Shown here: piece after piece, positions 15,651 to 30,700 of the stretch
Layout of the letters: every line of letters begins with the position of its first letter
Numbering within the stretch: position 1 is the stretch's first letter
DNA from: the human T2T-CHM13v2.0 reference genome, Homo sapiens
NCBI RefSeq assembly: GCF_009914755.1
Contig: NC_060925.1
DNA: 64,000 bases
Reading direction: 5' to 3' (one strand)
The notes under the pieces: model-generated
Told to the model about the DNA's origin: nothing
Databases searched by the model: none
Seen by the model: only the letters and a program-made list of their open reading frames with translations
Program-made: the position numbers and the translations under genes

Positions 15651-16764
15651 CTATGTGGCAGGGTTTCTCGTGTGTTTTTACGTCTTTGGTGGTGATGGTG
15701 GTGGAGACAGCTGATTTTTAGTAGTTGCCCAAGGAGACATACTGATATAAACCCTGCATCTTCCACCCCAAGCCAACAGAAGTTGAGCACCCCCCTCTTA
15801 TCTTAAATAAATGGGTCACACCCAGGCTTTAGAAAAGAGTTTTTTGTTTTTCGTTGTTTTTTTTTTTTCTAATACACTTTAATTGTATTAGCTGCATTGG
15901 TATCTGTTAAAGAAATGCTCCCTATTAGAGCTTGACGGCAGATTGAGAAAGAGTGTGTAAGATGAGTCAAATCTCCAAGCCAGCTGTGTAAGGTGGGGAG
16001 CAGACAGAAGAGAATCCACTTAATAATGATGTTGGAGCTTGCTTTAAAAAGACAAATTAAGTGTTTTAGCATCTATATCATCAACTGCATTTTATAATTC
16101 AATTATTTAATACCTCTGTCCAAATTATCAGCAGTCCAGAAAGCCTCTCACCACTCCCACCAGCAGGTTAAGGGCCTTATCAGCATCCCCAGTATAGGAG
16201 TCAGATGATAATTCTCAACTGAGCACAACAATGTTGGGCCCCACTCTGAGTCTCCTGACTCACAGGCCCAGTTCCAGGGCTGTCATTCATCCAGCCTCAC
16301 AATCCCCAGCTCTACTCTTTAAGTTTCCAGCCTTGGGGGGAGTTCCCCTCCAAGAGAAAGGAGGGGCAGGGTGGGTTTTCAAAATCCAAGGCCTGAGCGG
16401 TGACTGGCCCAGGGCCTATCTCTAGTCTTTGGGATATGGCTGGGCTCCCATTCTTCCTCCAAATTAGGCTACCTACCAGCATTGCTGGAAGAAGGCATCT
16501 CCTAGGCCCATTAAATGCTGTGCCTGGCCTAGTGCCTTTGTGTCCAAAAGGCAGAGCCAAACCATCCCAGGGGTCCAGCTCTCAAGGTATGCAATCAGAT
16601 GACCAGATATGGCAGAAAACCAAAGGGTGCAGTAGCTGGGCATGTGCCTGGGTGGACTTACATGGGGTGGAGCTAAGGTCTGGGTCCAGTCCTTCCGGGC
16701 TGGCTTTAATGCAGCACTTTCAGAATGGAGCTTGCTGTTCAGAAAACAATATTTGTCAGAATAA

Positions 16765-17056
16765 TTTTCTTTCTTTCTTTCTTTTTCCTTCCTTCCCCTT
16801 CCCTTCCCACCCCTTCCCTTTTTCTTCCTTCCTTCCCTTCCCTTTTTCTTTCTTCCTTCCTCTTTTCTTTCTTTCTCTTTATTTCTTTCTCTTTCTTTTC
16901 TTTTCTTTCTCTATTTCTTTCTTTTCCTTCCTTCCTTCCTTCCTTCCTTCCTTCCTTCCTTCCTTCCTTCCTTCCTTCTCTCCCTCCCTCCCTCCTCTCC
17001 TTCCTTCTTCCCCTTCTTCTTTCGTTTCTTCCTTCCCTCTCTTTCTGTCTTTCCAT
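16765..17056. repeat. Polypyrimidine tract including (TTCC)13
   Basis: About 290 bp almost entirely C/T, with an uninterrupted TTCC run at 16924-16975. Confidence 0.97.
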
Positions 17057-17076
17057 TTCTTAATAATAAGTGATGA

Positions 17077-17385
17077 GGCCGGGCACAGTGGCTCACGCTT
17101 GTAATCCCAGCACTTTGGGAGGCTGAGGCAGGCTGATCATGAGGTCAGGAGTTCGAGACCAGCCTGGCCAACACAGTGAAACTCTGTCTCTACTAAAAAT
17201 ATAAAAATTAGCTGGGCATGGTGGCGGCCGCCTGTAATCCCAGCTACTTGGGAGGCTTAGGCAGGGAATCTCTTGAACCTGGGAGGCGGAAGTTGCAGTG
17301 AGCCGAGATCGTGCCACTGCACTCCAGCCTGGGAGACAGAGCTAGACACCATCTCAAAATAAATAAATTAATAAATATAAAAAAA
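17077..17385 (+). mobile_element. AluSg-like
   Basis: Full dimer flanked by aataagtgatga. Confidence 0.95.
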
Positions 17386-17397
17386 ATAAGTGATGAA

Positions 17398-17706
17398 TGT
17401 TGGACATGGTGGCTCATGCCTGTAATCCCAACACTTTGGGACTACACCGGTAATCCCAGCACTTTGGGCCAATGCAGGTGGATCACCCGAGGTCAGGAGT
17501 TCAAGGCCAGCCTGGCCAACATAGTGAAACCCCATCTCTCCTAAAAATACAAAAATTAGCCTGTAATCCCAGCTATTCAGGAGGCTGAGGCAGCAGAATT
17601 GCTTGAACCCAGGAGGTGGAGGTTGCAGTGAGCCAAGATCGTGACCACTGTACTTCAGCCTGGGCAACAGAGTGAGACTCCATCTCAAAAATATAATAAA
17701 AATAAA
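17398..17706 (+). mobile_element. AluS, internally rearranged
   Basis: The gtaatccca(a/g)cactttggg block is duplicated and the start of the right arm is deleted. Flanked by aataagtgatgaa. Confidence 0.92.
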
Positions 17707-19495
17707 AATAATAAGTGATGAAACTTTTGGAAGTTTGGTGACTTGGGCCCAGTGTCTTTATCTCAGAGCTTATATTCACGTGTGACCAGTTAGTTAAATT
17801 GTCCAGAAATGCAAAACAGTAATCACAGGGACCCATCCTGAGTCTTCCACGGAGGTTAACTCTGGTCTATGACCCAGACTTCTTCCCTTTTCCCTCAGAA
17901 TCAGCCACCTTCTTGCCTCATAAAAACAGGGAGGGGTTATCATGCCTCCCTCCCCTCTCACATGACCTTGCAAGGCTTCAGTTACAGTGTCTTACCATGA
18001 GCCCACGTGTCACAGCACTAGCAGAGCCAGCCTCACTTAACTGCCTTTTGTTGCCAACATTAACTGCTGGGCTTCCTGGGTGCTTCAAACCAGAAGCCTT
18101 CCTGGGGGCTTAACATCAGAAGCATCTCAACACGTAGCACCAGGGCCACAGGCTATGACTGGAACTCTTGTGGTTGTGCCCTGTGGTCATTTTGCCAGTT
18201 ATGAGTGAACCTCAAACAATCGACAACTGGGGCTCTGTCCCAATAACCTCCCTGATAGCTTGCATGTTTCTCTTAACCTCATGAGTCTGCAGAAGCAGGC
18301 TGGCAAGTGTTCAAGAACAGGCCATCTCATGAGGTTTCCTGTACTTCCTGCCACTGCTGTCGCTGCTGCCAGGGGCACACTCCCCCAGAAAAGCCTTTCT
18401 CATGATAGGTTAGCATTTCTGCTACCAGTTGTGGCAGAGGCCAGATGTGAAGGGCATGAAAAGGCAAAATAATGAAAAGGAAATATACCCTCCACTTTCT
18501 TGTTTTAGAGCTTTTTTTCCTTTGTTTTTGTGGATTTGTTTTGGAGGAAAGGGAATAGAAGAAAGGGGTGATGGTTTGAAAAATTAACATGTAAGCCCGT
18601 GTAAAATTTGCAAAGAGGATTCACAGCGGGTTGGAAGAGGAAGAGGTCGTGTCATTGTGGAATTAGCCAAAGGAATGTGCAGCCCTTTCAGTTGTACACT
18701 AAAATGGCAGAAGTTTGCACCAGTCAAAACCAACATCCCAGTTCTTTCCCTGCATTCACCTGGGTCCTCTTTCATGAAGTCTCTGTCCAGTTCATTGAGT
18801 GGTATTGTCTTATACTCAAGAGGAAATCACCAGGTTCAGCACAGTAGGGAACATTGACAGACTGTGGTCACCACAGCCAGATGTTCCAAACTGTCCTGAA
18901 GGGCTGAGAAGCTTGTCATGTTCAATAATGTATCCCAGTGCCCAGAAAAGTGCTTGGTACCAAACTGACACTCAAGAGATTATAAATATCCCTTGATGAT
19001 TGAATAAATGAATAGAGGTGATTTTGGCTGACATTAACATTAGATTTAGAGAAAAATAGTTATTTTATAGCAAAACAGATATAAATTACTTTATTACCAT
19101 AGAATAATCTCTGTCCCCTTTCTTTGTTCACTATCTTTATTAATCCATAAGTGAATCTCCCCTGCCCCATCCCCAGTCATATACCCATATGAAGTGCTGA
19201 CATTTTATTTTTCTGTACTCACTGATGACAGATTTTTTTTAAAAAAGATGGCAGCTTGCACAAGGAGCAGGGTGGTCGACGTTACCTGACAAGGTCCCTG
19301 GCCTGTGTATCTTCTCCTCAAAGCCTCAAATGCTCATGCAGCCCAAGGATAGAGGGAACCAGAGAGCTGTGGTCAGCCTGAAGTGACTTTGCCACATCTG
19401 AAATGACCCATGAGCTAAGGGCCTATGGAGACTACAACAGTTGTGAGACTCCCACAGCAGTTCCAGATAACTTTTAAAGTTATCTAATCCAACTG

Positions 19496-19546
19496 CTCAG
19501 CCTCCCAAAGTGCTGGGATGACAGGCGCGAGCCACCACACCTGGCC
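19496..19546 (-). mobile_element. Isolated 51 bp Alu 5' fragment
   Basis: ctcagcctcccaaagtgctgggatgacaggcgcgagccaccacacctggcc. Confidence 0.85.
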
Positions 19547-19804
19547 ACATCTGTATTCTTTATGCTATATTAAGGTAGCATCATCCTCAGTCCTGCCATG
19601 TTGTTACTACTGGTTTTCCTTGTATTGAGCTTTCCCCTAAATGTGCCCACTGGGCTTCTGTGCTTGAGTTCATGGATAGCCAGGACTTGCCATGTCTGCT
19701 GGGCCCAGCAAACCTGCAAAAGCATGCCCTCCCACAGCAACATTGCAGTCACCAAACATTGTCCACCAAGTCTCTGGGAAATCCATAACAATGCATTTAC
19801 ATTC

Positions 19805-20101
<297 letters not shown>

Positions 20102-20284
20102 ACATTTGCATTCTTATATGGAAATTGACTGCTTATTTTGTTACTTAAACTCTAGTATCACTACTGAACTCTTATGTCTGCCCTCTTGTTGGCCATTTTC
20201 TGTGTTCTCTCTTTGCTACTGTTAACAGTCTTCATAGAATCTGATTTTGTCCTTTTACCTTGAGATGTGTTCTCATACTTTAAA

Positions 20285-20856
<572 letters not shown>

Positions 20857-21094
20857 GAAAGTAGAAAATCTGCTTATTCATATAAATGAATATCCTTTCT
20901 GTCGCCTTCTTCCTCATCTTTGTTGGATTTACTCTGCCTTTGGCTGGAATTTTATCCTCTCTCATTGTTCATTATACAATGAAATACCAAACTCCTGTGG
21001 GGTTTTTGGTTGGGGTTTTGTCTATTTTTTGTTTTTATTGCATTTTCTTAGGCATCTTCTCTCTTTTCACATTTGAGATGGGCTTTGAAGGCTG

Positions 21095-21470
21095 ATAGTG
21101 ATAAGGGATAGGGAGAAAAGGTAAAACAGGCAAGAAGTATGTGAAATGCCTGGATGGAGTTTGACATTGTAGATAGCATGACCAGGTAAGGCCCCACTGA
21201 GGGGAGCACTTTAAGTAAAGTGCAGGAGGAAGTGATGAAGTGAGCCATGTGGTTATCTAGGAACAAGCATGACGGACAGAAGAGCAAGCACAAAGGTCCT
21301 GAACCAGGAGCAAGCCTGGCATGATTTAGAAATAGCAAAATGTGGCTTAAGCCAAGTGACTGAGGAGGAAATCAGCAGGAGATTAAATCAGGGAGGTCAT
21401 AGGAGGAGAAGCAGGTCATGTAGATCATGATATGGATTTTGTGTTACTATGCTGGGGAGTGAGGAGATAC
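21095..21470 (-). mobile_element. L2 relic
   Basis: Typical antisense L2 text: gagccatgtggttatctaggaacaagcat...gcacaaaggtcctgaaccaggagcaagcctggcatg. Confidence 0.7.
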
Positions 21471-21854
21471 TATTAGAAATTGTATATGTGAATGTGTTTG
21501 TGAGGTTTGTACCTGGAATGATCCAGGAAAAGTGGATCCAGGCTAAATTTGCCAGACTAAGAGTTAAGGACTCTTCCTTTTAAGCAGAGAGCAAGGTCAT
21601 TAAGAAGAAGAGAGAATGCATGTATGCAACAGTTTCCAGGCTATAGTTTAGTTCTGTGCATACTGTGAGAATGTGTTGAATGTTTGTTGATTGGTTTATT
21701 GATAATTTCTAAAGTTTGCAGGTAGAGAAATAGATCGAGAAAATTGTCATGAGTAACTGGAAAAGTAGAGCCAGGTCTTTTGACTGATAGCTCTGTGGCA
21801 TCTCTAGGCACCACTTTCTTTAGAAATTTGGCTCTGATGAAAATTAATACCAGA

Positions 21855-22032
21855 CCACTTAACTTGGAGCTAGCATCAAAAGTATCCAGAAGAGAGATTT
21901 AAAATGCACACACTTCAGCCTATTCTTAGGAACTCCATGTAAGTAGGCTGGGGGAAGGGCCCAGGCACACGTATTTTGAGAAAGCTCCCAGGTAATTCTG
22001 ATGTGCACCCCTGGTCAAGGAGCCAATTGCAA
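21855..22032. mobile_element. MER5-family DNA transposon relic
   Basis: gtaggctgggggaagggcccagg...aaagctcccaggtaattctgatgtgcacc. Confidence 0.65.
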
Positions 22033-22597
22033 ACCTCTAAATCCATGGAATAGTTGTTTAATTTTAATGTCTGTAAGACCCAAGTTAGTGGAGTATGTGA
22101 GAATCCCTACACCAGCTATTTATGAGCAATGGACAAATAAATCAAGGAAATACAAACAGGAAAGTCACTTGGCTGCCTTTAAATACAGTTTCTTCTCATT
22201 AGAGTGAACATCACCTTTAAGAAATTTGCATCATTTGAAAAACCTAGAGCTAAAAATTTTCTTAGCACTGTCTGTGAACAATGAGCAAGTTGGTCCAAAG
22301 TTTCATTGGGTTCATTTCTCTCAATATATTGCTCTAATAATCAATGCCATCACTCAGAGTAGCTGCCATTGTAGAATGCCTCTGCCATACTAAATAAATT
22401 TTTAAGTTCTTATTTTGAAAAATGTGTAGGGCTTTATAAATTTGATTCTTAGGGGGGAAAACTGAATTAGGTTGTTTTTATTTTGCATACACTATTAGAC
22501 TGACTAACTCTTTTGGTAGACAAACAGAAGGTTCCACATCCCTGATCCAAGAGGATATGACTAAGAAAAGCAATAGAGTAAATAAGATTGTAGAAGG

Positions 22598-23001
22598 TGA
22601 CACGGTTTGAATGTGTACCTTCCAAGTTCATGTCTGCAATGTTGAGAGATGGGATTTTGGGGAGGTGATTGGTTTATGAGTGCTCTAACCTCACAAATTG
22701 ATTAATTCCACTCATGGGTTAATGGATTAATGGGTTGTGGAGGGGGTGGGTTAGTTATCACAGGAGTGGATCTGTTGTAAAAGCCAGTTTGGACATCTCT
22801 CGTGAGCCCCCTCACCATGCAATGCCCTGAGCCACCTCAGGACCCCACAGAGAGTGCCCAGCAGCAACAAGGCCCTCACCAGATGCAGCCCCTATACCCT
22901 GGACTTCACAGCCTCTAGAACTCTAAGAAATACACATATTTTCTTTATAAATTATCCAGTCTCAGTTATTCTGCTATAGCAACAGAAAACAGACTAAGAC
23001 A
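22598..23001 (+). mobile_element. MST (MSTC-like) MaLR solo LTR
   Basis: TG...CA termini ending tatagcaacagaaaacagactaagaca. 5 bp TSD gaagg/gatgg. Confidence 0.88.
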
Positions 23002-23014
23002 GATGGTATTCTAA

Positions 23015-23250
23015 ACATAGTAGCTTGGAACTCAGGCTCCAGTGTCAGACAGTTCTGAGCTCACTCTAGTTCTCTGTCATATATCAGCTTTGTGAAATGG
23101 AATAACTATCCTCAGCTTCATCATCTGTAAACTGGAAATCATAAAGGTACCTATCCCTTGTATTTTGCAGGGAATAAAAGAGAACATTTATGTAAAATGC
23201 TTAGCTCACAGTGCCTAAGTGATAATAGGTGTTTAATAAATGTTAGCTCT
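23015..23250 (+). mobile_element. MIR SINE
   Basis: cctcagcttcatcatctgtaaactgga...atgtaaaatgcttagc...aataaatgttagct. Confidence 0.75.
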
Positions 23251-23845
23251 TATTTTTTTCATAGATACTGAGATACATCCTAAAACTGAGTCTTATAATG
23301 TTACTTGCTAGATTTTTTCTTTCTTATCAATATGTGAGTTGCTTACAATTGGTGCTATCTTAAAGTTGATGAAAAAGATATTAATGACTACTAGTGTACA
23401 GAATAGTCAGTGACTTTAGTAAACATAAATTTACAAATAGGGTTATGAGTTAATTCGTAATGTTTTGTTTAAATAATTTGAATAGGCCCAGAAGATATCT
23501 GCTTGTATTAGCAATTATATCAATTATTGAGTGTCTACTCAATAACAATAAATACTTCTTTCAAATATATTCCAAAAAGTCACCTTTATATTAATTCAGT
23601 GGACCTTCCAAATAATGCAAATTGATGCCATTGTAAACATCTATAAAATGATTTTTTTTTTTAGGCAGATGATAACAGCCTACCATTATCTGAATCTATT
23701 GAAATGGCATAATAGACTTTGGTTGCAACAAGAGAGATTACAGTCAGAGAGAAAGTAGAACTAGAAAGTGTAGACAGAACTACTCTGGTATGTCTTGGCT
23801 GCCTCCTGCTCTGAGCTGACTTGACACTAATTAAGCATCACTGGG

Positions 23846-24449
23846 GGCTGGGTGCCGTGGCTCATGCCTGTAATCCCGGAACTTTGGGAGGCTAAGGTGG
23901 GAGGATCACTTCAAGTCAGGAGTTCAAGACCAGCCTGGGCAACAAAGCGAGACCCTGTCTCTACAAAAAAAAAAAAAAAAAATTAAATTAGGCCGGGTGC
24001 AGTGGCTCACACCTGTAATCCCAACACTTTGGGAGCCCAAGGCAGGCAGATCACTTGACGTCAGGAGTTGGAGACTAGCCTGGCCAACATGGCAAAACCT
24101 GTCTCTACTAAAAATATAAAAATTAGCCAGGTGTGGTGGTGTGCCTGTAATCTCACCTACTCAGGAGGCCGAGGCAGGAGAATGGCTTGAGCCTGGGAGG
24201 CACAGGTTGCAGTGAGCCGAGATCGTGCCACTGCGCTGCAGCTTGGGTGACAGGGCAAGACTCTGTCTCAAAAAAAAAAAGCTGGGTGTGGTGGTGCATG
24301 CCTGTATTCCCAGTGGCTCAGCAGGCCAAGGTGGGAGGATTGCCTAAGCCCAAGAGTTCTAGGCTACAGTGAGCTACGATCACCTCACTGCAGTCCAGCC
24401 TGCGCAAAAGAGAGAGACCCTGTCTTTAAAACAAAACAAAACAAAACAA
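23846..24449 (+). mobile_element. AluJ split at its A-rich linker by an AluS (23991-24280)
   Basis: Left arm 23846-23988, full AluS, then right arm 24281-24449. Outer TSD aag(c/a)atc(a/t)ctgggg. Confidence 0.92.
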
Positions 24450-24574
24450 GAATCTCTGGGGACTCTTTACTGTGTCTGCTTTGAGGGTGCTGCTAAGAAT
24501 ATATCCACTGTATTGCTCAGTGTCCCTTTTAATGAGGACCCTTTGGAAAAAGTTTCCCCTAGTTTTAGTTTCAG

Positions 24575-25085
24575 TGTTCGTTATTCAACAAGTATTTACA
24601 GAGCATCCCACTATTTGCCAGACAGTGTTCTGGAAGGTACAGTCTTTGTGCTTATGGGCCTCACATAATAGGAGAAATATATAATGAGCAAATGATTAAA
24701 TAAGTGAATAAAAGAATGTTATGTGGTGATTAACTGTTATGAAAAAAAATTAAAGAAGGTGAAGCAAGACAAGGGTGGAGATAAGGGAAGGGAGGCTTCT
24801 TAGACTGGAAAGTCAGAAACTTCTTTGAAGATGGGACTTTCAGCTGAGACCTGAATGGCAAATTCGACATGTGAAGATGTGGGGAACAAGCATTCCAGGA
24901 AGAGACAAAACATGGTGTAAAGGCCTCAAGTCAGGCATGAGTTTGGCATGTTCAAGGAACAAAAAGGAGATGAGGGGTGAGAAACATGGTGGAGAAGCAG
25001 GGAGGTGCTGGCTGACAAGGCTTCAGGGTCCAGCAAGGACTTGCAGGAATCAGAGGTGCAGTGGGAAGCTGTTAGAACTTGGAAA
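24575..25085 (-). mobile_element. L2 relic
   Basis: Antisense 3' end ttattcaacaagtatttacagagcatcccactatttgccagacagtgttct plus L2 body motifs. Confidence 0.75.
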
Positions 25086-25241
25086 CACATCTGAGCTACT
25101 CTGAATAAACAGTGTCATGTTTGTTTCATGATTCCTGTGACCTGTATATCTGAATCCATTTCCTTTTCTCATTCCCTGCTCAAAAGCTTAGGGCTAGATT
25201 TATGACCCAACTTTGTTAAATACCTAGGATCCAATCCTGTA

Positions 25242-25557
25242 TGCTATGGACTGAATGTTTGTGCCCCCCAAATTCATATGTTGAAACCTTATCCCCAATG
25301 TGGTGATATTGGGAGGTGAAATGGGATTTGTGCCCGTATAAGAAGAGACATGAGGGAGCTTGCTCTGCCTCTCTGTTCTCTGCCACATGAGGCTACAAGA
25401 AGAAGACAGCCATCTGCACAGCAGGAAGCAGGCTCTCACTGGACACCAGATCTCCCAGCACCTTGATCTCAGTGCCTCCAAAACCATGATAAATAATGTC
25501 TGTTGCTCAAGCCATCCGGTCTATGGTACATTTGTCACAACGGCCCAGACTAAGAGT
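25242..25557 (+). mobile_element. MaLR solo LTR (MSTD/MLT1A-like)
   Basis: Starts tgctatggactgaatgtttgtgccccc and ends ggcccagactaaga. Confidence 0.82.
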
Positions 25558-25901
25558 GCATTTTGTATTTGCTTCATTCCTGGTACCACCTTGTGCCTAG
25601 CACTGCGTTTCCTTTTCCTTTCTCTTTAACACTTCTTATTTTACCTAGTTCTGGCTTATGTTATCTTTTGAATAAGTCACTTCAAACCTTTTTTTGGATG
25701 AAGGTGTATGTACGTACATACATGTATACATAAACAATGGTGAAAGAATGGAGGTACTGATGCCTCTTTCATGGGATCTTCAGGATAGGACAGATTTTTA
25801 TCTATCCACTGGAATGATTTCAGCTCAGATGAACTCAAAGCCCATCTATGACTGTCCGCATCTTGTGTTTTAGCATGTAGCTATGGTTTTAGAAGGGATC
25901 A

Positions 25902-26833
<932 letters not shown>

Positions 26834-28300
26834 CATTTTAAAAAAATCTTTTACCTTTAAAGTAGACCAGGGTAATCCCAGTTTTGGGATGTATGTCAGC
26901 AAGACTGGGAGCTCTTTATCCATTTACTGAATGTAGGGGACCTTCAAATGAGGTAATCCTGGAGGCATATTTACTCCAATGTGAAAAATGCAATCCATAG
27001 TTCAAGTTTATATATACCAAGAAGCTGAGTGGTTCAGTCGTTGTACTACAGGTACATGGAGATTGTTTTTATGACTTGAAAGAAAGAGTCCATGTTATTG
27101 GGAACATTAGGCAAATGAATTAGGAGGCTTGTTTTTCAGCAGTTTTCCCTAAGGCAGTTAAGGAACCAGAAGGTATAATCAAAGTGGTCAGTTGTATCAG
27201 AAATTTCTGGAAGCACTGTGGTTGAGAGGAGAGGCAAAACTTCCAGCCTCTTATCTAGAGAGGGCCCTCACTGTCCTCAGAATTTGGACCTCCCAAACAG
27301 CTGGCCTCTAAATGGCTGCCCCGATGGGACAGACCAGAGGAACAAGGAGCAAAACTGGGCTCTTCGTAGTTTCCTGTTCTTCATTCCCCTTGGTCTGTGT
27401 TTGTGGCTTTCCACCACTCTCCTAGGTGTCACTCTTAGTTCTTCAGTCATGCTTGGTGCCCCTTCCTCTTGATCCCCCTGGCTGTCAGTTTCTGTCAGGC
27501 TCCACCTTGCATCTTTATTCACCTTCCCATGCTCACAGACACAAGCTTGGTCTATGCCTTCACTAATGCTCTCTAACTCTATTGCAAAACATGCCTGATC
27601 ATTTTCTCTGCTTTCACCTCAACTTCCTCCAAGATAACTTCTTCCTCAAAGAACCCCTTCCTAAAAAGCCTTCTGGGATTCCTGTGTATGATTTAAACTC
27701 AAACACCTCTGACTTCAAATTCCTCTACCTACATTCCTAGTTCTTTCCAAAGTAATCCCTTGCTTCTTCGAGTCCTGCCTGTCACTGCTTTTCTACATGT
27801 GCTCATAAACTTTAGGCAAACTATTTTCCTTGCTGTTTTCAAAACATAACTAAATTTCCCAACATCATGTCAGGAGTTATCCTGCACCTTCTACCAGATA
27901 TATCTTCTTTCTATAACCATCATTTACAACTATTCCCAGGATTAATGACAGTTTCCCAGTTCCCCTGCTGGCCAAATAGATGCAGTTTTCTGCGCCCCAA
28001 ACCTCCAAAGCACTTTACTTTTGCCTTACTAGGATTTTACATGTTTTGCTTTGCTCTAATTATTTTTGTCTATATCTTTCTTGCCATTAATCCCTACTAT
28101 AAGAGCCATAAAGTTTCCTTACCCGTAATTCCTAATAAAGGCCTTGCACAGAATAGGTGCTCAATAAATATTTATGAAACCTGAAGGGCGTTTTAATTAT
28201 CACATGGTAAATTGGCAATTTGGTAGCCACCTCTTTAGAAAGGGAAAGAGGAAGAGAAGAGGGAAAGAGGAAGAGAAGAGGGAATGCCAGCAGAATTTTG

Positions 28301-28936
<636 letters not shown>

Positions 28937-29408
28937 TATAGATGTGGTAGGAAATTGTTTTCAGTTATCTGGAAAAAAGTTGCATGTCTCATTTTCTTTT
29001 AAAAAAAAAAAACAGAACTTCTCTAAATTCTTATTTTGGATACAGAATTAAAGAAGCAATAAAGGAACTGCTATTCCAGAATTAATTTTGATCAACCAGT
29101 AAGGAGGCATCAGGATTACAAAGATGAGGAAAACTTTAGGAAAAAATAACCATGACAGCCAAAACTCCCATGTGCCAAAAAGTAAATTGTGAGTTAGGAA
29201 GAACCAACTTCTGAAGCTGATTCAAAAAAGTTAACTGAGCATATATTTTGTATCAGGCACTACTCAACAACTAGGAATACTGCAAAGTTCCTATCCTCAC
29301 AGAACCTGCTGTTTATAGGGGGAGGGAGTAATAAAAAGCAAATTTGCAAACAAATATACCATATAATTTCAGGTAGTGATAAGTGTTACTGAAAAATAAA
29401 GCAAACTC

Positions 29409-30450
29409 TTGGGAGAAATGGCTGATTCTAGGACTAATGTAGATATATACAAGATAAGCTTAAAACACAGTGCCAGAAAGTAAGAAAGTACTCAAAAATG
29501 GAGAAACAAAACAACCCCACACTGATGGCAGTACGTCAAAGAGACACAGCAGCAAACTGAAAGAGCTCCCAGGGCCAAAGCTGGAACAATTTGAGCAGGA
29601 AAGTAAATAAAGTAGCATTGAATTATAACCCAAGTACAGAATAAATAACCATGAGTCCACACTGGTACACATAAATGACTGAATAAATAAATAAATAAGG
29701 GGAGAGAAGACAGAAACCTTCCAGGCAGAGAGGAATTCCAAATAACACATGGAGATAATCCACTCTCAAGGAGATGGAGCTTAATTCCCCATCCTTTAAG
29801 TGTGAGCTGTGCAGGGTGACTTCCTCCAAAAAGGTACAGTATGAAAAGGGGTTGTGGGGGAGTAACTTGAATAACTTTAGAGTAGAGAAACAGGACAAAG
29901 AACAGCTCAGGCAGATGATCAAGGTCAACATCAACAGTGATAAGTCATGTCGATAGTATGTACCCTTGATATGATATGATGAGAATGGCACTTTCCCCCG
30001 TGATCTTCCTAACTAAAACATATAACTCCAATCTAACCATGAGAAAAACATCAGACAAATCCCAATATAGAGACAATCTATAAAATACCCAATTAGTACT
30101 CCTCAAAACTGTCAAGGTCATAAAACACAAGGAAAGTCTGAGAAACTGTGGCAGTTAAGAGGTGCTTAAGGAGATCGCAGTTACATATCATGTGGTACCC
30201 TGGATAGAATCCTGGAACAGAAAATGATACTAGGTTAAACCTAAGGAAATCTGGATAAAGTGTAGACTTTCATTAGTAACAATGTATGAATATTTGTTCA
30301 TTAATTATAACAAATGTATTATACCAAAATAAGATGTCAATAATTGGAAGAACCCAATGTGAGGCATATAGGAACTCTGTACTATTCTTTTTAATTTTTT
30401 TTTTTTTTGTAAATCAGGAGCTATTCCTAAAAAATGTTTATTTTAAAAAT
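29409..30450 (+). mobile_element. L1MC/L1MD 3'UTR, inserted into an L2 relic
   Basis: gggagaaatggctgattctagg...gatcaaggtcaacatcaacagtgataagtcatg...ggaactctgtactat. Apparent TSD aataaagcaa(a/g)ctc. Confidence 0.85.
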
Positions 30451-30621
30451 AAATAAAGCAAGCTCGGGAGATAGTGGCAAGGATGGAAGGCTGCTCTTTC
30501 GGTGGTCAGGGAAGATCTGTCTGAGGTAGAAACATTTGCACAGAGACCTAAATAAAATGAGGCCAAGCCATGAGTCTTTCTGGAGGAAGAGTATTGCAGG
30601 CAGAGAGAAGAGCAGGTACTA

Positions 30622-30700
30622 AGGTGCTGCTGCAGGGGGGTGTTGGCAGGAGGGTGCTGCTGCAGGGAAGTGCTGCTGCAGGAGGGTGCTGCTGCAGAGG
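30622..30700. repeat. Short minisatellite, ~16 bp unit gtgctgctgcagg(a/g)gg, about 5 copies
   Basis: Four copies of gtgctgctgcag plus one degenerate copy. Confidence 0.85.

Noticed and set aside
16400-17104. Longest ORF (234 aa, F/S/L/P-rich) and the overlapping R/K/E/G-rich antisense ORFs
   Set aside because: They are open only because the polypyrimidine tract lacks stop codons. There is no domain or splice support.
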